From Blepharisma stoltei ATCC 30299 (Eukaryota > Protista > Ciliophora), in contig CBFDEM010000057.1 in assembly GCA_965603825.1 (NCBI GenBank), positions 620,001-684,000 of the forward strand: a stretch of DNA of 64,000 nucleotides, given 5' to 3'. Both the position numbers and the translations under genes were made by a program. Below the pieces are notes generated by a model. It was not told the DNA's origin, searched no databases, and saw only the letters and a list, made by a program, of their open reading frames with translations. Each line of letters begins with the position of its first letter. Positions within the stretch are counted from its first letter, which is position 1. This document shows, piece after piece, positions 37,507 through 49,664 of this stretch.

Positions 37507-37688
37507 TTTTCAAATTTTTTATTACTATTTAACAACAATAATAATTAAATTTCCATTAATTAATTATTTTAAATTCTGTTTTATTATTGATAGTCTCTTA
37601 TCAGAGAAGGTAATCATATGCTTTGTGAAATCTTCTATTTTAAATTTATTTATAATACTTATTATCTTTTATTTATCTAACCAATTTT

Positions 37689-39707
37689 TTATTGCTGATT
37701 TGCACTTAGAAGTGAGGTTTTCAGTCCTTCAATATAAGCAATCAAGTGTGTTTTTTTGTATTCTTTCGCATGTGTACTAATTGCATCTAAAAATATAACT
37801 TTATCCTGCGTATACGCATTAATAGTATTCGTTGATTTTTTCTTATAGACTTTGCTAATAGTGCTCCTCAATAAAGTAATCAATTTTTCATCTGAGCTGG
37901 GTCCTCTTTGTCGTAGATATGCAATTGCTTGTAAAAGCACTAAATAATTCTTACGTTTTCCACTCCTTTTTAAAAATTTGTATTGGTCTAGTTGAGCTTT
38001 GAATCCTCTAGGTCTTTTGACAGGTAAATAAATCATTTGGACTTTAGGCTGAGGTGATTTTTCTGGAGTGTGGCTTGGGATAGAAATATTAGGATCGTCA
38101 CTATCCTTTTCGTTATCGCCTGTGCTTAAAGCTTTAAAAGGATTTCCAAAGTTAATTGGTATCATTTTATGGCTTTCTGGCTCTAGATAAGCATTTCGAT
38201 GCTTAGGCAAATTGCTAAGAACGGTATGAAAATCTCCCATTTTAGAAATTGGAACATCATGCTTCTCTGCATCGCCAAAAAATTGTGTCGCCATAGTAGA
38301 AATCGCAGCTTTTACGTTTTCACGGGGAATTTTGAAAATATCACAGTAAAGATGATGCTTGTACAATTGGCAACACACAGCTCTGCCTGAAATATGCTGC
38401 TCAGCAAGCATATTAGCGATTTGATCGACTTCATTTTTAAGACTTGTTTCTTGTTCTTTTAAATTTTTTAATTTTTGGTTAACTTCAGGCGATAATCCAA
38501 TCTGATTTGGTAATTTTAAGGCTCCAGGTAAAAATAATTTCATTTTTCTTATTGCTTTTGGTAATAAGTAATGATAATACACAGGCAACTCCAATAAATA
38601 ATTAGCTAATTTTTCTTCATAATATCTTGACTTATCAGATTTTGCTGCAAGCGGATTTCTATAAAATTCAAGACATTCCCACAATTCAATAAAATTGTAA
38701 CATAAAACAAGCAATTTAGCTCCTCCTCCTTCTTCTAATGCAAGCATAGCAAATGGTTGTATATGGCCTTGCATATAAATTGGCAAAAATGCTGGTCTGG
38801 TTGGGTAATAAAATGCTAAAGATTCTTCAAATTTTTTAGTTCGTATAATTTCATAATAATCATAAGGGAAATCTTGGGGGATTTTAAAGTTGGAATAGAC
38901 TTGATTTTGCTTATAACGGAGTATTGGGTTAGATTTTCTAGGCTGCAAACCATGGGCAAAATGAGTGAATTCTTCCGGAATCGGCCAAAAGCTGCTTCTG
39001 GTTTTTCTTTCTACTATTAAAATCAATGGGATTGAGGGTCGATCATCTCCTTCTAAGCTTGAAGTGAATACAGAATTATTTAAATAATTCACAATTTTTT
39101 CAATAATATTTAGGGCGTGTTTGAAACTAAAACATTCAAAATAGCTTCCACCTGTTGACTCAGCTAAATCTTGTATTTTTTGAGTGTTTTTAGCTTGATA
39201 ATTTTCAGTTTGCATATGAATTACAAAAATTCTTTGGTCATATCTTCATACATCAGTTGAGTATTCACTTGACTCTTTCAATTTCCAGTCATTTGCATTA
39301 GCTTTTTCACATTGATTATCTGTAATCACGATTATAGCCCCAGGTTCCATTTTGTTCGGATTTCTTCCATACCCATAAGTATCTGTGGATGTTGCATGGC
39401 GGAACATATTGATTTGTTTAAAAGCTATAGCGATAGCTTGATTCAGAGTAATAGAATAAGTAGACCGACAAATATTTGATAGAGATTTAGAAAAATGCAA
39501 GAATTCATGCTCCCAAGTCGAACGAATAGAGAACTCATAATCAGTGACTATAAGATGATATTTATCACCCGAACTATCATATCCTGAACGCTGACGAATT
39601 TTTACAGCATGCTCGACAGCAGCTTTGGCGCAGTCTAAATAACTTGCGCCTTGAGAGGTTCTTTGCTGCATTGAGGGAGAGGTGTCAATTACAAAAGCTA
39701 CGTTCAT
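37689..39707 (-). CDS. INTS6: Integrator complex subunit 6 (VWA domain), 672 aa
   Basis: FVIDTSPSMQQRT..YLDCAKAAVE, DTYGYGRNP, IIVITD, VW(TGA 39246)RYDQRIF, TGGSY, FWPIPEEF, FPYDYYE, HDVPISKMGDF, FGNPFK. Confidence 0.92.
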
Positions 39708-40844
39708 AGATGAAAAATACGAAAAATGGAGCAAAAGGGAATTTAATTAATTTTTAAAGCTAATTTACCTCAGAATGCTGAAATATAAATATTATATTTA
39801 GCAATTGTTAATCAAAGATTTATATTGATTGACAGAAAATCATAATTTTGTCTTTATGCTAATAGAGTATTTATGATTTTTATTATCATTATTTAATCAT
39901 TTATCGTTATTATTTGTGATTTATAGATTAACTGTTAAAAAATGCTTAAAGTTTTAAATACTCAGTCTTAAGAGCATAAAAAGAATAAAATAAATTTATA
40001 CTTAGAAAATTAAAAGGTCTAAATTGGAGAAATTTACAAGATAATTGTGGTCTCTATCTTTAAATGGCTCTAAATACATAGTTAATTAAGTCTGGATTAA
40101 CGAAACTTTTAAATTATTATATCGTATAAAATAAAGCAAACAAAATGCATTAAAAATATCATTTGTACCATTAAAGTTTTCACTAAGGTATCCCAGCACC
40201 CTTTAGATGAAGCTAAAAATAATCAATTGGCAAAATTGGATTATACATTAAAAAGTTTGCTCTATGAAAAGATGTAAGGGTGAACTAAGTATAATATATA
40301 TAATGCTATAACTGCTAGCCAGTAGCAATTCTCATTTTCTTGATAAAAGAATAAAAAAGCATAGCTATTCTTATAATGAATGTTAGTAATGATAAATTAT
40401 TCTTTTATTATTAAACAAGCTGATTTTTTTAAATTAAAAATAAGTCTGTTAGATTATCTAGTCATATAGTTTTGCTTTTACTATGAAAATTTATTATTTA
40501 AACTGAAGATTGAACTCAGAAATTAGCATAAGGCAAAAATAACAGAATCAAAAGAAAATAATTTTTGTAGAATCATGGCTACATTTAAAAGGCTAAGTGG
40601 TATTAGAGTGGTAAACGCTATTAAATTTTATTTTGATCAAGCAAGGAAAAAGGAATACAAATTTGAAAAAATATCTTCACTAAGAAATCTGGGTTTAGGC
40701 TGATGTATAAGTTTCCTTCCGATAGCCCATCCTGCGGGGCATATGGATATAGAAGCTGATACTATAAATACACATAATATAACTAAAATCAAATCCCAAG
40801 CAATAATTATTAAAGAGGAATTTACTATATATGGTGGCAAGTAT

Positions 40845-41725
40845 TCATTTATATTTATTAAAACTCAACTTTCAAAATTCTCAATCAAAGGTTTAACACT
40901 CTTTTTAACTCAGATTTCAATTATCTTTACAGTTATGATGAAAATCTCAATGGAACAGAACTATATATTTATGACATTGAAGCTAAAACAATGACATCCT
41001 CTCTTGCAATAAAATCTTATCATCCTGATCACCGTCTATTAGATTGTATAACAAATATTACAAAAATCTTAGAATCAAGTTTACTCATTATAGGGAAGCT
41101 ATCAGGAATTCCTAAGGGATTTATCATGGATCTTAGGACTAAAACAGTAAGGCAAATTTTTCAATTTGAACTTTTAGCTCATCCTTTTAATAAGTCTGAT
41201 GAAATTATTTACTATGAGAATTCTTTATATATTTTTGGAGAAAGAAAGCTTTCTGGCTGCATGAAAATTGACCTGAATAGTAAGAGATATTATATGCTAC
41301 CATTTCCCATCTTGCATCATAAGATGTTTTGTATCCTTTTATATAAATATGTTTTAGTTGCGAATTATATTGACTCAAACCTGTACTTATATGACCTTAT
41401 GATTGAGGAACACTCAATAATCGCTTCTTTTGAGCATTTACAATGCTTTAAACATCTTTTTACAGACAATCTAAGGACTTATTTATGGATACCTCTATCC
41501 GCTATATATGAAAGTGAAGAAAATAATCCATTTATATGAAATCTAATAGGAAACTCTGATTTTGGAATTAGTTTTATCCCCTCTGAAATTAATTATAGCA
41601 ATTATATGGGAAATCTTTATCTCAGTTATATCACAAGGTCATCAATGCCGCGAACATATTGCTACATTTTTAATCGAAAGAAAAAAGAAATGGAGCTGAT
41701 TAACCATATAATAGGCAATAATTAA
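40845..41725 (+). pseudogene. 5'-truncated tandem paralog of the downstream Kelch-like gene (or a shortened gene from ATG 40991)
   Basis: LFNSDFNYLYSY..ELYIYDIE..IKSYHPDHRLLDCITNI..YESEENNPFIW..NYMGNLY..KKEMELI aligns with 42460-43278. The homologous frame is closed by TAA near 40859 and the zinc-finger/coiled-coil half is missing. Confidence 0.68.
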
Positions 41726-41781
41726 TATTTGATTTTTACATTAATGCAGCTTTATGATAATAATTATTTAAAAATAGTTAA

Positions 41782-43278
41782 ATGATTGGAAATTTTTCAT
41801 GTTTTACATCTTCATGTAGGAAGCAAGTCAAGTTTGCATGTAGTTGCACAGTCCCTGAAACAATGATGTGTAAAATTCACAAGTTAAATCATCTCAAAGG
41901 TAAAAAGCATCATAAAATAAGAAATTTTCAGCTAGAAGACCGTCAAGTATCAATTGAAGAAGACGTTTTTAGGATACTTAATTCAGAAAGGCTATGATTA
42001 GAAAAAATCAAAATGATTCTAACCCAAAATTTTGAGCAACCTCTACAAGACTTACTCAGAATAAAATTGTTGTACTTAGAAGAAAGCATGAGTGAAATTG
42101 ATAAATTAGCCAAAGCATTTAAAAAAATAAGTAACATAGAAAGCAGAATATCAGCAGAAGAAATTATTCAAAGAGAGGTGTATAAAAATAAAGATAATTT
42201 GGCAGATTTAATTTTGAATGAAAAAAAGACTCACATTGATGCATTTGCACAAAAATTAACTTTTAGATCATCAAATAATGCTGTTCAGAGAAGCCAGCTT
42301 TTATCAGAACTTTATCAACTTTCTCATTTTGATGAGTACGAAAACTATATTTTTTCTATTGTCACACCAAATTCTCGCACAAAAAAGTCCTATAAAAAAT
42401 TTATAAAAGAATGTGAAAATCTTTATTTGTTATTAGACAAACCTGATCTAAAAATTCTCAAACAACATTCCCATATCCTTTTTAACACAGATTTCAATTA
42501 TCTTTACAGCTATGTTGATAATTATAATGGGATAGAGCTTTACGCTTATGATATTGAATCTCACAAAATGACTATAAAATCTTATCGTCCTAATCATCGC
42601 TTATTAGATAGTATAACAAATATTGTAAAAATTTCGAAATCAAGTATACTTATCTTGGGGATACTAGCAGGACACGCTAAAGGATTTATAATGGATTTAG
42701 GTAACAAAAATGTAAGACAAATTTTTCAAAGCAAAGTTCAAACTGGTCCTTTTCATGAGCTCAATGAATTTATTTGTTATGAAAATTATTTGTTTGTATT
42801 TGGATGCAAAGGCATTCAGAATTGTATGAAAATGAATTTAAATAGCAAAAGATGGCAGCAAATGAAATTTCCTTATTTGCATGATAGAATTTTTTCTGTA
42901 TTTTTAAAGAATTACGCTTTAATAAGCTGCTACAGAAATTCAAATTTTTATCTGTATGATTTTTTGATTGAGGGTTATTCAGAAATTTCTGATTTTAAGT
43001 ATATTAAAAGAAAGAAGTTTCTTTTTACTGATAATTTAAGGGTTTATATGTGAATATGAGGTTCAATTTATGAAAGTGAAGAAGATAACCCATTTAAATG
43101 AAATTTAATTGCTGATTTTAAATTTGGAATTCATGCTGAGCCTAATGGAATTACTTATAGTAATTATATGGGAAATCTTTATATTGGCTTTCTTATAAGC
43201 CCACAAATGTATTGCTTTAAGTTTAACAGGACTAAAAAAGAAATGGAGTTGATTTATCAAGAAGATGTTAATAATTAG
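41782..43278 (+). CDS. N-terminal Cys/His zinc finger (B-box-like), coiled coil and Kelch-like beta-propeller protein, 498 aa
   Basis: CFTSSC..ACSC..MMCKIHKLNHL..HH. The C-terminal half is rich in beta-strand and aromatic residues (YENYLFVFG, FYLYDFL). In frame through TGA codons to TAG 43276-43278. Confidence 0.82.
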
Positions 43279-43844
43279 CTTTCCATTACAAATGTTCAGT
43301 TATTTGGAGCGCTTTAAAATAAATAATATGCCTTTTAAAGAAATAATATAAAACATCAAAATACTATTAAGCTTATAGTGATAGTAGATTGTTATTTATT
43401 AAGTTTGATTGATTTGCATAGATCTATATAAAAGTTTTCAATATTCATAAATGAAAGATCAGACTATACTTATAGTCAAACATTTTTGAATCAAGCTTAT
43501 AAAGTTTACTCATTTTTTTCAAATCTAAACTTAAATCAAAAGATAAAAGATACAAAATAAAAGATATAAATTATTTTTTATGCGAATCTCTCAAAGCATT
43601 ATGATTCAAAGCTGTTTTTTTTGCCTCGTAATAATAGCAGGCTAATGATCTTCATAGAATTAATAATTAGACCAGAAAATTTACCGAGCTTTTTATTTTA
43701 ATGCCTATTAGTTTAAAAAGAAGAATCCTATATTTTAAATATTTATGTAAATCACATTAAATGTATGTAAAATTATGAGATTAAGTCTACTCTATTTTAA
43801 GAATTCTCTAGCTGAGTAACTATTTCTAAGATTTTCAAGCAAAA

Positions 43845-44450
43845 ATGGCAAGAAGAGATTAGTAACTTATATACAGCGACTTCTTGTTTAAATTAGTCTT
43901 AGTCGGAGATTCCGGGGTCGGAAAATCTTGCTTGCTATTGCGTTTTGCAGATGATACTTTTTCGGAGTCATATATAAGCACAATAGGGGTGGATTTTAGA
44001 TTCAAAACTTTTACGATTGACAATAAGCTGGTCAAGCTTCAAATTTGGGATACTGCTGGCCAAGAAAGATTTAGAACTATAACTAGTGCTTACTATAGAG
44101 GCGCTGACGCTATTTTGATTGTTTTTGATAAGACGAACAAGGAAAGCCTTGATCATATAAAAGACTGGGTTGAAGAAATTAATAAATATTCTGAAGGGTC
44201 AGTCAGAGTATTGCTGGGGAATAAATGCGATAGAAATGATAAAGTTGAAGTAAGCGAAGAAATGGGGCAAAAGTATGCTGAAATGTATGGTATGATGTAT
44301 GTTGAAACTAGTGCGTTAAGCGCACATCATGTAAGCGAAGCTTTTTTTATGGCAACAAGGGAGCTTGTACAGAAAAAAGAGAAAAAGACACCGAAAGGAA
44401 AGAAACTTGATGACTTGAAAAAAATTAGGAAAAAGTCGAAATGTTGTTAA
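43845..44450 (+). CDS. RAB1: Rab1/Ypt1-family GTPase, 196 aa; one 15-nt intron
   Basis: Spliced N-terminus MARRDY|DFLFKL; GDSGVGKS, YISTIGVDF, WDTAGQERFRTITSAYYRGA, NKCD, ETSA; C-terminal CC. Confidence 0.92.
43862..43876 (+). other. 15-nt intron GTAACTTATATACAG
   Basis: Removal recreates the conserved Rab1 YDFLFK; retention creates TAG. Confidence 0.94.
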
Positions 44451-44610
44451 GATTAATTTATGTCTACACAAATCGTAATTTTTTTCAATAAGATAGTCAA
44501 ATCATAGCATTAGTCAAATAATAGCTGTGATTTCCTTTAAATATTACCAATATTTTTAACTTAATTGGTTGTCACAATTTAGCTTGTTTAAATATTTTTT
44601 TCAATTAATT

Positions 44611-45286
44611 CTAAATTTCTTCATCTTGGTCAATCTTCCTAATAATTAATTCCGCGAATTTTCTAATCTCATCTAGATACCTGCGTATTTTTTACATTTT
44701 AGATCCATTTCTCAAATCCCCTTCCTCTATCATCTCTTTTGCTTTCTTTATCTGCTCTACAGTAACCAAATCTCACACTCTTTCTTTTCTCTCATTTTCC
44801 TGTTTCTTTTGCAAAGATAGTAAATTTACATCATAAGATGATGTACAGATATCTTCATCTTTGATGCAAAAGCTCGAGCAGCTGCTATTATTGCTTAAGC
44901 TCTTTTTCCCTTTTTTAGAAGGAGTGATAGTTTTATAAAAATTATCAAAATTTTGCGTGGCTTTCATTATAGGGGATCTTAGCCTTCTATCAGACACTGA
45001 AGGTATAAGGAACTTAGAGCTTTGAGATAAACGACAGTTTAAGCTGTTTACTGAAGTATGGCAAGAATTTTTTGACATACTCTGTGGGTTTGTGGATGCT
45101 GTGGTGATAAAGTAGAGCGGAGAAACTTTGGGAGATTTTTTAAGCTTGATTTTCTTACGAATTTCTTCTCGATAAGTTTTTCATGAAGTGAAGTCTTTCT
45201 TTTCTTTATTTTCATAAATCTGCTTAGAGTTTTACCTCAGATGCTTGCTTTTTCAAGAGGACTTTTAATGAAGATTTTTGGGACAT
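44611..45286 (-). CDS. Hypothetical basic, Ser-rich protein, 214 aa; two micro-introns
   Basis: ATG 45286, 16-nt intron 45220-45235, TGA codons, 15-nt intron 44681-44695 and TAG 44611-44613 give one continuous frame containing ORF 44773-45078. Confidence 0.75.
44681..44695 (-). other. 15-nt intron GTAAAAAATACGCAG
   Basis: Consensus; removes an in-frame TAA. Confidence 0.8.
45220..45235 (-). other. 16-nt intron GTAAAACTCTAAGCAG
   Basis: Consensus branch TA 6 nt from the 3' end; restores the frame. A tandem AAG/CAG acceptor is present. Confidence 0.8.
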
Positions 45287-45308
45287 TTAGAAATAAAATT
45301 ATTTATAT

Positions 45309-46721
45309 TTATTTTAAATTTAAACAAGTCTTTTTTTTCTCAATTCTCAGTGGATAAAGATTTTTCTTCAGTATTGCATCGCTTGAACTTTTAGCTATCA
45401 CTGTAAAGCCTCTGCTTTTTCTAGCTGATAGCACTTCTTTTAATTGCAATATTTTTTGCCTTTCAGGTGACTTATTTCTAGAGGATATTTTTTCACTATC
45501 TATCAAGGTCCTTTTCTTTATTTGAGAGCATCTATTTCCATTTCCAGTCAAAATTGTTCGTCCAGGTAACTCATCTCTTATAATAATTCTTTGATTTGCA
45601 ATGCTCTTTTTACTTTCCTCCTTTTTAATTACAGGAATTTCTTCCTCATTGCTACTAATCGACAAATCTCTGCTTCCGTATCTGCATTTATCTATATAAT
45701 TAGAAATTTTGAGCATGCTCCACCTCTTTTCAGGGTTTTTTTGAAAAATATTTGTAATCAAATGCCGCCAGTAGTTGGAAACCGATGCAGGAAGAGGTGC
45801 ATAATTCACATTAACAATATTCTGTACAATTTGAGCAACTGTATTTCCTTGAAACGGCAAACTTCCTGTCAATAACGCATAAAAAATGCATCCTAAGCTT
45901 CATATATCAAGCGCCGGCGATGCTCTATTATCAGTCCTCGAAATTACTTCAGGCGCTGTATACATCAAGCTCCCGGAGTCTGATTTTTGCCCCTTCCCAC
46001 TTGCGCTGCACATCCCCGCAATTCCAAAATCCACGATTTTAATTACATTTTTATTTCTGTTTGAAAAAAGCACATTTTCCAGTTTCAAGTCTCTATGTAT
46101 CACCTTATTATTATGGCAATACCTAACAGCCCCAATAATTTGTACAGCCAAACTGAAAACTTCTTCTTCATCAAGTTTTCCTTTTTCTTCCACATATTTT
46201 TGAAGTTCTCCTCCACTGCAATATTCCATAACAAAACAAAGCTTGTCATCTAAAGGAAACGCATCAATTAATTTTACAATATTTTGATGTTTTAAGCTTC
46301 TTAATAGCATCATTTCTGTATAAACTCTACTTACATCTTCATGGGAAACCAAAGTTTTGTAGCTGACCACTTTGATAGCTACCTCTTCTTTAGTTAATTT
46401 ATTTTTATATAAGGATACAGATCCGAAACCTCCTTGTCCTAATTTTTTGAGTTCTTCGTATATAGCCATGCTGGATTGCCGTAGGAAAGCTTCACCACGA
46501 GATAGGAATAAAGGCTCGTCTGGGTTGAGCATATCTAGGTCTTCGTCAGATATTTCGCCTCCTGTAGAATCGAAAATTTTAAAAGACCTTTTAAGGTGGA
46601 GATTAAATTTTTCAGATGATTCTGAGAGGATATCTTTGACGGACATGTGGGGCCGGATGCGGATTTTACAGCTTTGAGTTAAATGCCCATTGAGAAACAC
46701 TGTAATTTCAGTCCTATCCAT
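45309..46721 (-). CDS. CAMK-group (MARK/SNF1-like) kinase with an N-terminal KHA/doublecortin-like ubiquitin-fold domain, 470 aa
   Basis: ITVFLNG..KDILSESSEKF..IFDSTGGEISD..LNPDEPLFLSRGEAF; GQGGFG, VAIK, HRDLKLEN, DFG, YTAPE, LDIW(TGA 45900)SLG. Confidence 0.9.
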
Positions 46722-47245
46722 TTATTAGCTTTAGTCAAAAGTGATCGGGTGGAATTTTCATTAGTTTATTGTAACGCAAGTGGGCTAGATTAGATAATAT
46801 GGATTTGTGCAGTATAATTCTTAATAATGTCTGATATTAATAGGATCCAATATTTATTATATAAAATTATTTAGTGTCAATCAAAATATTTAGTTAAGAG
46901 GATATTAAAATATGAATCAGAGGAATTAAATTATTATGTAATCAGTAATGAGCATTATTTTGCAGGATTATTCTTAGAACTTCTCTACTATTTTCGCCAT
47001 ACAAACTTCAAAAAGCTCCACAGTTCCAACATAAGGATCAGCGAAAACAGTCAAACTCCACAAAATCATCTGAACGATTCCATCAATATCAAAAACCATC
47101 TAATTTCTAAAAACTACTTATTCATTTCCATCAAAAATTTATTTGTTTCCTTCAATTTTATGACAAGCCTTTAATAACGCCCTTAATTTCTTTTATCATC
47201 CCTGGCATTCAGATATTTGACCAAAATTATTAGCATGAAGTAAGA

Positions 47246-47508
47246 TTCCAGCTTGAAGATTGTCTAATGCTTAGCCAAGGATGATTTTTGGATTTTTACA
47301 AGAAAGAGCTCTATGGCACTAAAGTTGCTATAAAATTTCCAAAAGAGGTTAAAGAAGACAATTTAAAAGCCCAGCTCAGATTGCAAAAAGAATTGAGTAT
47401 AATGAAAAGTTTAAGCCCGAAAATATCACTAAATGCTATGGGTTTATTATGATGATAAATTTGGTTTAGTTTATTGAATATTGCTCAAACGGCACACTAA
47501 GAGATTAA
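47246..47508 (+). pseudogene. Decayed protein-kinase N-lobe fragment (TKL-like)
   Basis: LSQG*F..YKKELYGTKVAIK..LQKELSIMKSL /frameshift/ ENITKCYG..LV*FIEYCSNGTLRD* corresponds to subdomains I-V with a frameshift and stops. Confidence 0.75.
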
Positions 47509-47623
47509 AACTTAATGAAATCCAAATTAAAAATAATTTATAAATTTCATTATAAATCGCAAAAAATTGACAAATTAACAGACTCATGTATTTAATAAAC
47601 TTTAATCTTAAGTACTGTATGAT

Positions 47624-48796
47624 TTATTCTGTATGAGTTTGTGTAGGGCACACACTATGTGTACTAATCTTAGCTGGAAATGCGCTTGCACTAACCTCAC
47701 TCTTGTATCATTCATGGATATGATCCCCTTTGATATTATAATCGTTGATCATATTAAGTGACCCGGTCACAAAGAGTCTGTAAGTGCTCTCAAAAGGCTG
47801 CCAAGAGCTGGTCAGCTGAACTCCTGCATAAAGTGTCGTCCCAGCTGGAGCCATAAGCTGTATAGTGTTGACGTAAAAGCTTGCTTCAGAGCTTGCAATA
47901 AGTTTTCCACTTGCATCATAAACTGCCAAGCTGAATGAGTCAGCATCCATGATTGGGACAACAACAATGGTGATAAATTGGTCTACCCTTGAATATATTG
48001 GATAAAGATCGACTTCATTGAATTGGGTAGTCCCTCCATTCACCATGAATGAGGCGTCTGGAGATTTTATGCATTTAGCTGTATTTTCAGCATAGCTTTC
48101 AAATAGCTCATAAGTCATTAGGACATTCACGTCAAAGTCCATAGTAATGGTCCTAACAATCTTACCAAGGCTGACGTAATTTCCATCAACATCAGACTTA
48201 TAGCCATGAGCTCCAATAGGACCTAAAGGTCCTAAGGCACCTAAAGCTCCTAATGGCCCAAGAGGACCTAAAGCACTCCATAAACCTAGAGCACGTAGTT
48301 GGACGGCAAAGTCATTATTTTTGAACAGAGTTTGGCCTGGGTCCTTTATCCCATAATATTGGGCTGGTGAGACTGGCCCATTTCTACCTAAAGGTCCATC
48401 CATTCCTAGAGGTCCTCCAAAGCCTGTTATGTATTTGGCAAATAAGGACCAATCCCCGAATCCTGATATTCAATCTGACGGATTTCAAGTATTGTTGCCA
48501 ATAGGACCTAAAACTCCTAATGGACCTTGTGGGCCTAGAGGTCCAAAGTATCCTAAGCAGCTGGTGGATGATAGATATTCTTCTAGAGTTCCTCCTGGCA
48601 GTTTGGATGGATCGATTACTGGACAAATACTGCTATTGGTCACAGATGATATGGACTCAACTGTTGTGTATGTGTATGGCGTATGGACTGGTAGCCATGA
48701 ATCTATGCATTCTGCTATAGAAAAACGCGTAAGGCTGCATAGAACAAGTAGAATAGTTGCTTTCTGGTGCATTAATTTTATAATCTTGTAAGACAT
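47624..48796 (-). CDS. Secreted protein with short Gly-X-Y (GPLG) repeat blocks and a C-terminal PPC-like beta domain, about 390 aa
   Basis: Signal peptide (MHQKATILLVLCSLTRFSIA, alternative ATG 48772). Repeat blocks GYFGPLGPQGPLGVLGPIG, GGPLGMDGPLGRNGP and LGPLGPLGALGALGPLGPIG. ORFs are joined by TGA; TAA 47624-47626. Confidence 0.85.
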
Positions 48797-49664
48797 AAAG
48801 ATGAAATTAGGATCATTAATTAAACCTGAGCTTAAAAAATTGGCTATTTAAATTGATGACGTATATTTTGATGATGTAATATGTAAGAATACCAGCTTAT
48901 TAATTGGGATTCTCATATCGATTTATAAATAAAATTTATTATTTATAAATAATTTTAGACCTTATGATAATCTTAAGAAAAAGTTTTTGAATTTGCTATT
49001 TATATACTTAGCCTGCTTAACAAAAATTTTATATTTTTAATAATAAAACTATTTTTTAAGTTTTTATCATTGAGAGCTTCTTAAAAAGGCCTACAATGCT
49101 TGATGATTACTAATCAACATCAATTCTAATTGAAGTGACAAAAAATTTCAACTCAAAAGCTTAATTATAAATATTGGTGAATATGCTGCCATTATTAAAT
49201 CATAAATGGTAGAAATATCGATATTTCGAAAAGATTAAGAAATATCCCAACAAATTATTTTGCATGCTTATTTTTAAATCATAATTTTTTATATTAGAAG
49301 GAAGAAAAGAGAATACTTATTCTAACCTTAAAAAATAAGAAACTAACTTTAAATTTTTTTAAATATATTAGTTTATATGAAAGCCAACCAAGGAGGATTT
49401 TTAATAAGCCAGACATCAATGGCTTGCACAAGCCAATATAAATTTTACTAAAAGAAAAGCGCTCATTTGTGGGATATTCATCGATAACACATATATTCTA
49501 GAGCTTTAGCAAGCTCAAAGAAATCTTTTGCTAATATCCTTGCAAAATTAGCTAAATAATATTAATTTGCATATTGCATTTAATTTTTGTTTCCAAAAAT
49601 TATAATGGAATTATTAACAATATGAATGCATTTTTACAAAAATTCCCTTAATTGAGCATTTAAT

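Noticed and set aside
17041-39707. Apparent cluster of RNA-processing genes (ARS2, DHX15, RPF1, PARN, RPL28, INTS6)
   Set aside because: They are interspersed with unrelated genes on both strands and I saw no shared upstream motif; this is compatible with chance.
43816-43830. GTAACTATTTCTAAG upstream of RAB1 as a 15-nt 5'UTR intron
   Set aside because: It lacks the A 6 nt from the 3' end seen in all supported introns, and there is no frame evidence.
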